Below are positions 12,594-23,478 of a DNA stretch of 64,000 nucleotides, in pieces. This stretch comes from Utricularia gibba (Eukaryota; Plantae; Magnoliophyta). The notes under the pieces are model-generated. The model was not told where the DNA came from. It made no database searches and saw only the letters and a list, made by a program, of their open reading frames with translations. Numbering within the stretch: position 1 is the first letter of the stretch; every line of letters starts with the position of its first letter. A program made the position numbers and the translations under genes. The stretch covers positions 2,294,001 to 2,358,000 of the forward strand of contig NEEC01000014.1 in the NCBI GenBank assembly GCA_002189035.1. The letters are read 5' to 3'.

Positions 12594-13806
12594 TATATGA
12601 AGAAGCTTTGGATCCCAACAAACAAGGATTGAGACGGGATGGATGAAGGGAATCAAAAGGGAGAAGAATTCCACACACTGGAAGTGGAACTGGAACTAGA
12701 GATAAAGAAAGTCAGGGATGAATCCATCTCACAATTATGCAAATCTACAGTTAAAAGAGGAGTTGAAATACAACTCATGTGATGTGGACATCACATCATC
12801 ACCAAACCCCCCCTCCTTTTTTCTTGTTTTAACAATTCACCCCCCTGAGTTTTGTAATATATCCAAATTAAGACCAAAATGGAAGCATGGAGTTGGTTTT
12901 GGAAAGGCATAGCTTTGGTTAACAAAGGTGAATAATGAAAGTTATGAGGGCAAAAGAGGCATTCATTACATTCGCGAGGGAGGGGTGGATGTCCGCAATA
13001 TTAGAAACCCTAGGGGCTAAGGCTACAACAATTATTTGAGTAATGAAGGCCATGTTTCCTTGACCATGTTATCGCATATTCAATTGCGATTTGCCTTCGC
13101 CCATTAAAAAATACATTTTGCAATTTAGTCCCTGTGGGCACTCAATCATTCATACATCTCTTTATTTTATTCAAATTTAATGACCAAATAAAAAAAAACC
13201 CTCATTAACACAATGTCTTCGGCACCATGTTTGAAATAGTTAAAAAAATCGACGTTTAATCGTGATTCAAATCATAATTAAATAGTTTATATTTTTATAA
13301 AGAAATATCAAATAGTAATTAAAATATGATCGGATCATGATTTATTTTTTTGTATTTTAAAATGGTTCGAATTGAATTCGTCATTTTCATAAACAATTCA
13401 TGTTGCAAATTGGGTCTACCCCGATTTTTAAAATATGGGTTGGACATTATTATAAATAAAATAAAATAATAGAATATCATCATCAGCATTCACGTTGGGC
13501 TGGTCCTCCACCAACATTGAAATTGCAGCCCAGCCCATTCGCAGAGCTTCAGCCCACCAAGTTCGAGTAGAGGACCTTCCACAGCACGAATGGGACATTA
13601 TTTTCCACATTTAGAACCCTAATTTCCAACGTGTAAACTTGTTTCTATTCTTAGGAAGCTGTTAAAGAAAAGGAGTTTCTTTTGTGCACCATCAGAAGTC
13701 CGCATTTGTAGGCATGTCAATTAGGATGCATACCTATATATATGTGGCCCATGCGACAGGCATACCTCAAGAGGAGACGCAGCGCGACGACGCACAGTAA
13801 ATAAAT

Positions 13807-15021
13807 ATGGCTTGTGGAGGAAGGATTCCGGCGACCGCACTTGTTGCTTTCTGGGTTCTTCCTCTCTTCGCCTCCGCATTCATCCCCGAGCTGCGCCTCC
13901 CCAACTTTCCTGTGCCCCTACCACGTCTTCCTCGTCCAATAATCGGATTCCCCGGGTATCCGAATCCTGTTGATCGCGCTCCGCCGCCTGCGGCCAATGA
14001 GCCACCGCGGGGTGGAGAAGGTGCAGAGGCACCATCTGCGGGCCTGAGAGAGGGATTCTATGACCGGAGCTGCCCTATGGCTGAGAAGATCGTGAACGAC
14101 ACCATCCATAAGATGTTCCAACGAGATCGGACGCTCGCTCCGGCGCTCGTCCGCCTCTTCTTCCACGACTGCTTCGTCACGGTAAACAACAGAAGCACCG
14201 ACATGGTGTGATTCTTATATATATAGAGATCCCATACAGGTTGAGATTTAACTGCTTGTTGTCTCCAGGGCTGCGATGCATCCATCTTGCTGGATGAAAC
14301 ACCATCAGGAGATGAGGTGGAGAAGAAATCACGTCACAATGGCCGATTCGTCAGGGGGTTCGAGGCCATAGATGAGATCAAGGCTGAGCTTGAGGCTCAG
14401 TGCCCTGGAGTGGTGTCCTGTGCTGACGTTTTAGCATTCTCTACCCGCGATTCTCTTGTCTTCACCGGTGTTCCCAACTACGGTGTGGCTGGAGGACGGC
14501 GAGACAGCCTCGAATCCTCGGCCAGGAACTGCATCGGAAATCTCCCTCTCCCGGATACGCCCATGGACAGGATCATCCACATGTTTCAAAAGAAAGGATT
14601 CTCTCTCGAGGACCTTGTGGTGCTCACTGGAGCGCATTCCATCGGCAGTGCACACTGCAGCACCGTAGCTGACCGATTTCACGATCGGGAGAAATTTAAG
14701 GACATTGATCCAGGGTATCTGCTCAAGATGCAGACGCTGACACAGTGCCAGGATGATAATCAGGACATTCCCTTGGATCCCTACTCAAGCCACAAGATGG
14801 ACGCACGGTTCTACAAGGAGCTCATGTACAGACGAGCCTTGCTCGAATCAGATCAGAATCTAGCGAAAATACCTGCAGCAAATGCCACCATGACGCAGCT
14901 AGTAAATGATCAGAATGGTTTTCTTAGTAAGTTTACCAGCGCCATGATCAAACTGTCTCAGGTCCAGGTACTGACAGGTGATCAGGGGCAAATCAGGATA
15001 CGCTGCAGGGTTGTAAATTAA
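13807..15021 (+). CDS. Class III secretory peroxidase with Pro-rich N-terminal extension
   Basis: Signal peptide; RLFFHDCFV|GCDASILLD, VSCADVLA, GRRDS and proximal GAHSIG motifs; all 8 canonical Cys present. Exons 13807-14181 and 14269-15021. Confidence 0.95.
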
Positions 15022-15151
15022 GAATGGCCTTCTGTAATCTCGAGGGTTGTCATAACCTTTACACATGCTGTAGAATAGAGGTGAAAAGGGAAATGTGCTT
15101 TACAATATCTGTTTTGAGTTTCATCCATCAAGTCACCAACACAAATAAAGT

Positions 15152-16861
15152 TTAGAAAGTTAAAGAAGAGCCATCTCCCAGTTGATCGATGACGTTCTCC
15201 ACTGTTGCCAATAACTCTGAAATATAATCTAGCAGTCAGCACAAGATGCAGCAGCCATTGCATTGATGATCAAGATTTTCCATTCGGAATAATCACAGAA
15301 CCGCGTACCTTTGAAAGACGTTCCCTGAAGAAAATGCTGCACATTGACACATAAAATTCAGTAAAATTGGCAGCATATTTATCCATCATGGTAAAAATGA
15401 TAAATTTTCCGGCAAGGAAAAAGATAGCAATGCAGCGAATCAATCACCATCAGTTGGGATTTAAGATGATATCCGGTGTCTTTTGGGGTCTCTGTCACAA
15501 ATGATTGAGACATGGTGATCAAGCATGATATCACGAAAATAATTGATTGCATGTAAGCATGCCATTACAACCTTCAAAGGCTTTCAGTTGACAACCCTTC
15601 AGCAATTCAGTGAAATCAGGAGGAAATGATACCATAGTCCCATCAGCTTCATGATCTTTGACCGGTTCATTGGAAATGGTATGTTGAGCCAAGTTAAGCT
15701 CAGGACATGGGAGCATTTCTTGGGTAATAACGTCCACCGATGTTGAAGTTTCCCAATCCAACAAAGGCCTAGGGATAAACCCTTAAGCAATCTATGTTTG
15801 TGATACTCAACAGATGCCTACCAATAAAAGCTATGGGGAGTACCTGTACACTTCTTCAGCTTGAGATGACGACTGTGGTTCAAAGTTGGAGGATTGAAGT
15901 GGCATCGCAATTCCATTACTGAAGTTTACCTATGTCCAAATTACCACCCAAATTCTCTGTCAGCAAGTAGTTCATAAACTAAAGGAATGAAAGTGGACTC
16001 CAGACTTCACCTTCACAATGTCTATGAATTTCTCTGCTTCCTGAAAGGTAGAAAATCCCAATACAAATTTCTGAATCTGCAGCAAACCACGAATAACAAT
16101 TAAAAATAGGGTCATATATGAGATCTCTTCCCGTATCCTCACAAGATCGCAGAGTTATAAAGCGAATTCCAACACATGTTCACAAATATCATTTTGAAGA
16201 TGCAGAACTTGCTAGAAACAGAGACGAACAGTAGATGGAATGGAAGCCTTTAAAAACAGATTTCAAAAACTATTCAATAGTAGTATTAGTAGTTCAGGTT
16301 GCTTGCCTGACCAAGACCATCTTTATAGCTCACAACAATGAACCTGCTCCCTCGAGCAGGGACGCCAGAAGGGCACTCAACTTGCGGATGCGAGAAGTGC
16401 ATCCTAGATAGAAAATGCTTTTCCTGCAAATTTCAAGAAAAAAGCCGACAAATCGTTCAAATCCGGAAAGTCCACCCGATCATAGCGTGAACTAAAAGCA
16501 TCAATTTCCGGTAGCCATAATAGCAGCACGGAGTTTGATAACGCTAATTTGATGAACTCACAAGGGTCATACACCTGAAGTCGACTTCGATAACTGCGCG
16601 TTCCTCTCCGATCGAAGATCTTTCGTACCTGACGTTGAGAGACGCGCAATCCGTAGAAATCCAGTGACCACGGGCGCGCCTTTTCTGAAGCGGCACCAGA
16701 AGCGGATGATTGTCTACGGAAGCAGCACCGGAATCAGATTTTACTAAGCGCGCGTATTGAACTTGCCGCTGATCGATGATTGCAGAGAGCTGTGAGCATT
16801 GAATGGAAGAACATTCCACTGCCATGTCGCTCGCAGATGAGAATGACGTAGCTCCCGCCAT
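15152..16861 (-). CDS. PHS1: POOR HOMOLOGOUS SYNAPSIS 1-like meiotic protein
   Basis: Manually spliced exons (16861-16562, 16423-16307, 16076-16011, 15929-15844, 15768-15572 and three small 3' exons). They give EKHFLSRMHFSHPQVECPSGVPARGSRFIVVSYKDGLGQ|IQKFVLGFSTFQEAEKFIDIVK, matching the PHS1 core as I recall it. Confidence 0.8.
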
Positions 16862-17162
16862 TCCGGAATTGAAACCCCAAGAAGATGAATATTTAAATAA
16901 ACTTTTTTTTTAATTTGACGAGAGATAGGTGCTTTTCGACTCATGTGGCATGCCCGTGTTCGATTCGAGTTTTCCTACCGAATTGTTGCAGATGGGCTCT
17001 GGAACTCTGGTATCAAATGAACAAACAGAAAGCTAACACAAAGCATGAAGATTTTGGGAGCGCAAGTGCTCTTCAGTACATGTTCTTTGTAAAGTGAGGA
17101 GCTCAGAGAAGGCCAAAACTCTGCAAACAAAATCCCGGAGAAGAAGAGAACTACACAGATGA

Positions 17163-19182
17163 TTAGACATGTAGAGAAGCCTGGAGTGAGGAAGCTATGG
17201 CAGCAGCAAGGCTAATAACTTCGAATGGAGCCTTGCCTTTAACCTGGTTCACCGTCTCCGGGCAAGAGTCAGTTATCCAGAAGTACGTCATGCCAGTGGC
17301 GGGGTTCCCTGCAGCAAGCATGCAACGCCATTTCAGAGGAGTTACAGAGATAAAAGAAATATGAAGGTTCGAGAGAGTGGGAACCTCCGTTGTCGTGTTT
17401 GAATCTCTCCCATGACTTGTTTGGGAAGATCCCATGTGTTACGTATGCACTTATTTTTGTAGCTCCATGACGGGCCAGCACTTTCTGGGAGCAAGAAAGA
17501 AGCAAGATTGAAAGAAATGCTCTTCTCCATGAACATGAGCTAAGAAAAGGATTTGAATGTTCTGACGAATAAAAGAGCAGGTCATTAACCTGACACTCGA
17601 TAAGGGTTCCACCCGACTGGACAAGATCATCCACGATGACAACATGACGTCCTCTTGGATCACCCTCTTTAAGCTTTACAATCCTTTGATCTCCTTCTCT
17701 AACTTTGTCACAAACAATCTGCTCATTTTCAGGACATACCACAAGTTCATACTTCACGAACAGATCGAATCTAGCATAGTTTCACATTGCAAAGTAGATA
17801 ATTCAACCTCATCTATCCCATTCTGAAAAGTGTATGAAAAGCATCATGCAGTAGTAAAATGTTGAGCATCCACAATGCCTAGGAGGAATACCATAGGGAA
17901 ATGTTGGAGCTGCTTGTAAAACCGTTTACGTGCTCCATCATCAGGGAAAGCTATCGTTATCTGATCAAGAAAAAAAAAACTATCTTCATGTTTATGACAT
18001 ACAATTGAGAACCAGTAAGAGATTGCAGCACAACAGCGGCATATCTGCCGTAGCAAATAAAATTTGAAATTTGGCAACAATTTGAACAGACTAATAATGT
18101 CTTACAAAAAATATAAATGAGAAATTACGTTGTCTGAGTCCGGTAGCTGTTGCAGTCTATTCAATAGAAGAGGAATGCCGCTTTCAAAGCGAGGTAAAAT
18201 TTTGTCATCAAAGTAAAATCTCTCCTGCAAGACAGAAATCAAGATCAGAAAAGCAAAAACTTAGGCAGAAATAAACCTACAATCGGCATAAACTGATGAA
18301 GAGAATGAAGCAAGGACTACTAAGCAGCTAAACACCAACTTGTAAGGCATGGATATCAAAAATGACTAAGCTGGTTGGTCCCCCCTTAGATATTGGAATG
18401 CTAGACAAAATCCTAGCCATCGTGACAGCTGTTGCAACATCTCCCTCATCTTCCATTCGTTCAGAAGTCCCAGTTGGGAAAAACGGCAGGATCAGTGTGA
18501 ATGACTTGACAGAAAGTTTTGGCAGAGCATATATTATGGAAATTTGCTCAAAAATAACTCCAGGAGAACTGAATGAGGCCAAGAAAGCAGCATCTCTTCC
18601 ACATACTCCTTGAGCATTGGGAATAAATAAGTTGGGAAATCCATCATCAAATGTCCTGATCCGATAGAATTACTGAAATGAAATCAGCATACGTGTTTTG
18701 TAGGAGAATTATTTAGAAATATGTCGATAGTCATTCGCCACACAGCATCATACAAGAAAAACAAGCATGCGGGAGCGATCCATGCAGTTTAAAACGATCA
18801 AGGCAAAGGCATAATCAAGAACTCGCATTTCAAATTTCAAATCCCTTTCCACAACTAACAAGAACCACCTCCATCTAATGCTACGAAGTTCAACGGCATC
18901 GGATTCCGCAACAATTCTTTCGGCAAGGTGCTTCATTTCGGGGCAGTAGAAAAGGCAAACCCTTCTCCCAGGTGAAATCATATGCTCAGAGTTCCGGCGC
19001 TCGAAGAGACTGACACGATTAGGATCTACGGAAGCTCCGCAGTCAACACTCCACCTGTGAGACGGAGATGAAATGCTCTTGAGCTCGAGCTCGCAAGCAA
19101 TACGGTTTCCATAGAAAGAGGAAATGTGGTAAGAGTTTTTCCTGAAGGGAGTTAGCGGGTGCGGCGGGCAAATCGCCGCCAT
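17163..19182 (-). CDS. PRS3: Class II ribose-phosphate pyrophosphokinase with N-terminal transit peptide (PRS3-like)
   Basis: Motifs [69 protein letters not shown] and AYVTHGIFP, spread over several exons. About 70-aa Ser/Arg-rich leader. Confidence 0.9.
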
Positions 19183-19456
19183 CGTCGAAGATCACAGAGG
19201 CCTTCGCCCACCGGAAACGGATTTCGGAAAAGGTTAGGTTGTTGCGAATTACTGTTTTTTCTTATTTTATTAATTCTTAAAATCAAACAAATTATCTCAT
19301 AATCCTGACTTTTTTTTTGACGATTATTATATTTATTTTATATTCATTTTTCTAAAAAATAGCATAATTAATTGAAGAATGTCTTCATACGTAATATAAA
19401 TAATCATGTATTTAATTTTGTAATCCTTGCGTTAATTATTGGATCGTCGGTTCCTT

Positions 19457-19484
19457 CCTCTCTCTCTCCTCCTCTCTCTCTCTA
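19457..19484. repeat. Imperfect (CT)n microsatellite in the 5' region of the F-box gene
   Basis: CCTCTCTCTCTCCTCCTCTCTCTCTCT. Confidence 0.7.
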
Positions 19485-19550
19485 GCCGTTTAGCGTGATC
19501 CACCGGGTCGCCGCCTCATCGCCATTTTGCCGCCGTAGTTTCATCCTCCC

Positions 19551-20961
19551 ATGGAGCAGGGAACCTGGCCGAGGAAGTCAGACGGGGACACTTCAAATCT
19601 TTCCCTTTCGGCACGGCACCCGATGAATCGTCGACATTCATCAACCCTGCGAAAGCCCACTTCTCATTCTTCAAATCAACTCCCAAGCTGTCGTCTTCTT
19701 CATCCATGTCGCCAATTGCTGATTACTCGGGAACCCCGTATGACGTTCTCAGAAGAATTGCAGCTACCTTCACGCTGTCCAATTTGAGGGCGGCGTCGCT
19801 CGTTTGCAAAGCCTGGAGGGACGCCCTGAAGCCGCTGCGCGAGGCGATGCTGTTCTTGAAGTGGGGTAAGAGGTATAAGCATGGCCGCGGTGGAGTGAAA
19901 GCTGATTTGAACAAGGCTTTGGATTCTTTCTTGAAAGGGGCGGCACGTGGGTCTACTCTCGCCATGGTTGACGCCGGTTTGATATGCTGGGAGATGGGTA
20001 ATGAGGAGGAGGGAATTTCTTGGTATCGGAGAGCTGCCGATCTCGGTGACCCGCCGGCCAATGTAACTTGGCGATTGCTTACCTGCGAGGTAACCTCTTC
20101 GCTACACCTTACTTGAGATGTTTTGAAGTAATCCTTGAATTGTGACCTCACAGATGGAAAATGAAAGGGAGATTGCTATGTGTGAATTTCTACTTGGAAA
20201 AACATCCCGAAACGGGAATCAGTCATTAATGCGTTGTCTTCCAAGCTGCATGTAGGAATATGGATTGCGAATTATCTTTAGCAGATTGAGATGGACAATT
20301 CCTTTGTGCAGGTAGTCCTCCAAGAACTGAAGAGGCTATCCCATTATTGTATCATGCTTCATTTGGTGGTCATGTTCGGGCTCAATACCAACTTGCGCTT
20401 TGCTTGCATCAAGGCCGAGGAACGGCACAGTCCCTCCAAGAAGCGGCATGTCTATTTTTTTACACGCTTTTCGTACATGGTCTCGAGTGCAGAACAAATG
20501 TGTGATTTCCGGTGACAATTGTCTTTACTTTGTTCTTCAGGCTCGATGGTATCTCAGAGCTGCTGAAGGAGGATATGTGCGCGCTATGTACAACACATCT
20601 CTATGCTTTCTAACAGGGGAAGGTACGGTGCAGTGCCATAAAATGGCAAGAAAATGGATGAAGAAAGCAGCTGATCATGGGCACAGCAAAGCTCAATTCG
20701 AGCATGGCCTCAGCCTCTTCTCCGTACGTGTGTTTTTTATTTTTTTTAAACGCCTGATCATATTCTGTGTTTGAATATTGATTAAGTTATTCCTTGGGAC
20801 AGGAGGGAGATATGATGAAGGCTGTCGTGTACCTAGAGCTAGCCACCCGTGCCGGCGAACAAGCGGCGGGTCATGTGAAGAACGTCATTCTTCAGCAGCT
20901 CTCCGGGCCGTCTCGTGAGCGCGCTATGAACCTTGCGGATACGTGGCGTGCTAGCCACTGA
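19551..20961 (+). CDS. F-box / SEL1-repeat protein (At1g70590-like); two apparent 1-nt frameshifts
   Basis: N-terminus MEQGTWPRKSDG, F-box PYDVLRRIAATFTLSNLRAASLVCKAWR, SEL1 repeats (ARWYLRAAEGGYVRAMYN; KWMKKAADHGHSKAQFEHG), TGA at 20959-20961. Frame breaks at 19584-19587 and 20050-20052. Confidence 0.85.
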
Positions 20962-21189
20962 TGCGGTGAATGTCAGCATTGCTGCAGCAGCTAGAGTAGG
21001 AAACGCTGTAACATACCTTGAGGGTATCAAATAATTGCACAGAATGTACCATTCCAGAAACCTTCTGAAGGAGTGGCCCTTTTCGATGTAGATTTCAGTG
21101 AAGATACAGTTCTTTAGGGGCTGATGGCTGATGCTGCAACATGTGGATGTGCAGCCAGTCTCTGATACAGACAGCTTTTTGGCTACCCT

Positions 21190-21420
21190 TCTGTTTAATC
21201 AGCTCCTTCAGCTCGGTATAATGTGTGACGAAAGCACGTTCCACTCTCTCGAGGGCATTCAGAACACCGGAATGCTCCAAATCCTCGCTTTTTCTGGCAC
21301 TGATTGCAAGATAGCTTACAAGTTTCAATCCCTGCAGCTGTGGGTTTTGGTTCATCTTCAGCAGTTTGATCAGAGGAGGAATATCTCCCCGTTCAATGGT
21401 CCACGCGCAAGTAGTTGTCC
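21190..21420 (-). pseudogene. Relic C-terminal fragment of an ARMADILLO REPEAT ONLY (ARO4-like) gene
   Basis: TIERGDIPPLIKLLK...QLQGLKLVSYLAISARKSEDLEHSGVLNALE...HYTELKELI resembles the ARO C-terminus as I recall it. No upstream gene body fits in the 700-bp gap between neighbours. Confidence 0.55.
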
Positions 21421-21659
21421 AGGCAAGCAAATTTAACGAGTGAAGCAGCAAGTTCTGTACCTACATCTACTTACGTACCTTTGATTCAGTTTCCCTCTGG
21501 GATAATGCTCACGCCAATGGTCCGATTGCTTGTAAAAAGGGGAAAGACTATGTAATCAATAATATACATATGGTGTATGTATTATAGCTGAAGGTTACAC
21601 CACAGGAAGTTGGCTGCTTTTTTTTTTGGGGGGGGGGGGGAGGGGGATGTGGGAGTGGT

Positions 21660-23222
21660 TTATTTCTGGAGAAAGAGTGCAGCCCCAACGAGACCAATCC
21701 AAATGGTAACCGACACCCAAAAGGCACGATTCTTCTCGAGATCAGTGGGAGGTTTCCAGACCAAGAAGTCACCTAAATAGTCCTTCCTCGAGGGAAGCTG
21801 ATTTGTGGTCGAGCCAATGAATGCTTGTTCCTTGTCCTTGTCCTTGTACTTGTCACTCCATGTTGCTGCATAGCTAATCAGATTGACACAAGGAGGTGAG
21901 CAGATAAATACGAATAGAGATGAACTTGTCCCTGTTTCCTAAAAGCAGACAAAGAGCCATTGCAGACTTGAATTACCCTCCAAAGAGACAGAGATGAGAT
22001 CAAGCACACTTACTCTTAAGATCACATCACATAAGAATACTACGGTAAAATTACATTGAGTGTTCTGTCCGTTTATTTGCTGAAAATATGGATATTAAAC
22101 TCAAGGACTCACCTGTCGTAGCTGGAGCCTATGAGAGGAATGGTGACCATCTCTTCTTGGGTGATCTTGATCTTGGGGCTTGTAGTATGTATCGTAGATC
22201 TGCCGCCTGGCGACGGATAGTGACGCTGGGATGCTTCTTTTCCAGTTCTTGGTATAGTTTGATACAGTCAGCGTGGCGATTATTGGCCTCGTAGGCCATA
22301 GCAAGCCATATTTGTATCTGAAGGTAGATGAGCGCACATCAAATGAAGCAATATCCAGCAAGAACTATCGATAAGATGGAACAAATGCGGAGAGTGAGTG
22401 AACAAATTAAAGGACATATAAAGATAAAAACACCTAAGCGTGGAATAAGGCCTCCAGCAAATGCAGATAGGAAATAGTGCAAGTAGAGGGATATATGAAC
22501 ACCAACCTCACCACCAAATAGTGTGGGAGGAGGGATGATCGTCAGGGCAGCTTCAAGAAACTCAATTGCACGTCCATACATGCCTTTCTCGTAAGCTTTT
22601 TGCCCAACTTCAAACATTAATTGGGCCGTTTTCCTTCGTTCTGCTTGCTCCCTGGCCACCTATGGTGTCATTTTGAAAGAAGGATGGCGTAATCAGAAAC
22701 CCAGAGTCTTCAAATGATGCTAATACTGGAGCACACATACAGAAAAAAAAAAGAACGCACCTTTTCGAGTTCCTTCTTGACTCTCGTCCGCTTCTCCTCT
22801 TCAGTCTCTTCCTTGAGCTCGCCCTCCGCATTTCGGTATTCCTGATCAATTTTATATTGCAACTCCTCAGCTTTCTTCTCTAGCTCCCTCCTCTCTTCAA
22901 TCTCCTTCACTCGTCGCCTCATCTCCTCCTCCCAATCGAACGCATCTTCCTCCTCGAGCTCATCCTCAATCCCGTTATTGTCGTCGTCACTGGAAGTCTC
23001 GTAATCCACCCGATCCGCCTTCGATAGATTCGTTCTCCGCTTGTTCAAGTGCTTCTCTTTGTGATCGAAAACCGGCTCCAAGTGACCGTTATGGAGGCGA
23101 AGATTCTTCTTAAAGAGGCTTAAAACTACGTCGTACGGTAGGTGCCGGCTCTTCCGATCGGCGGCGAAGGATATTGCCGCAAGGTCCACTATCGGAGATA
23201 TGTTTCCGGCGACAGACGCCAT
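21660..23222 (-). CDS. Conserved uncharacterised plastid-type TPR-like/coiled-coil protein with C-terminal TM helix; apparent 1-nt frameshift
   Basis: Four exons: FDWEEEMRRRVKEIEE, AQLMFEVGQKAYEKGMYGRAIEFLEAALTIIP, IQIWLAMAYEANNRHADCI and FWVSVTIWIGLVGAALFLQK*. Frame break at 22175-22178 (LQAP/KIKITQEEMVTIPLIG). Confidence 0.8.
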
Positions 23223-23347
23223 CTCGACGGCGGCGTGGTGTTCCAAGCAAGCGTGAAATGCTTCGGACGGCAGGAGGTAGCGTAGATATTTTGGCAAAGA
23301 CAGGAAGTGGGACCAGATCATGAGTTCACAAGCCAACTATTGCACAC

Positions 23348-23402
23348 CACGTGGACTTATGAAGTCGGGCCTTATCTTATGGGCCAAGATCGATGTTGGG
23401 CT
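23348..23402. promoter_or_regulatory. G-box and site II elements in the bidirectional promoter of the TPR-like gene and HisRS
   Basis: CACGTG at 23348-23353, TGGGCC at 23380-23385 and TGGGCT at 23397-23402, within the 256 bp between the divergent ATGs. Confidence 0.5.
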
Positions 23403-23478
23403 TTCCTACAGAACTAGCTTCATTTTGGATCCAGGTTTTTCAAGTCCAGGTACCTCGGGCTCTCCGGCAGTTCGAGAA

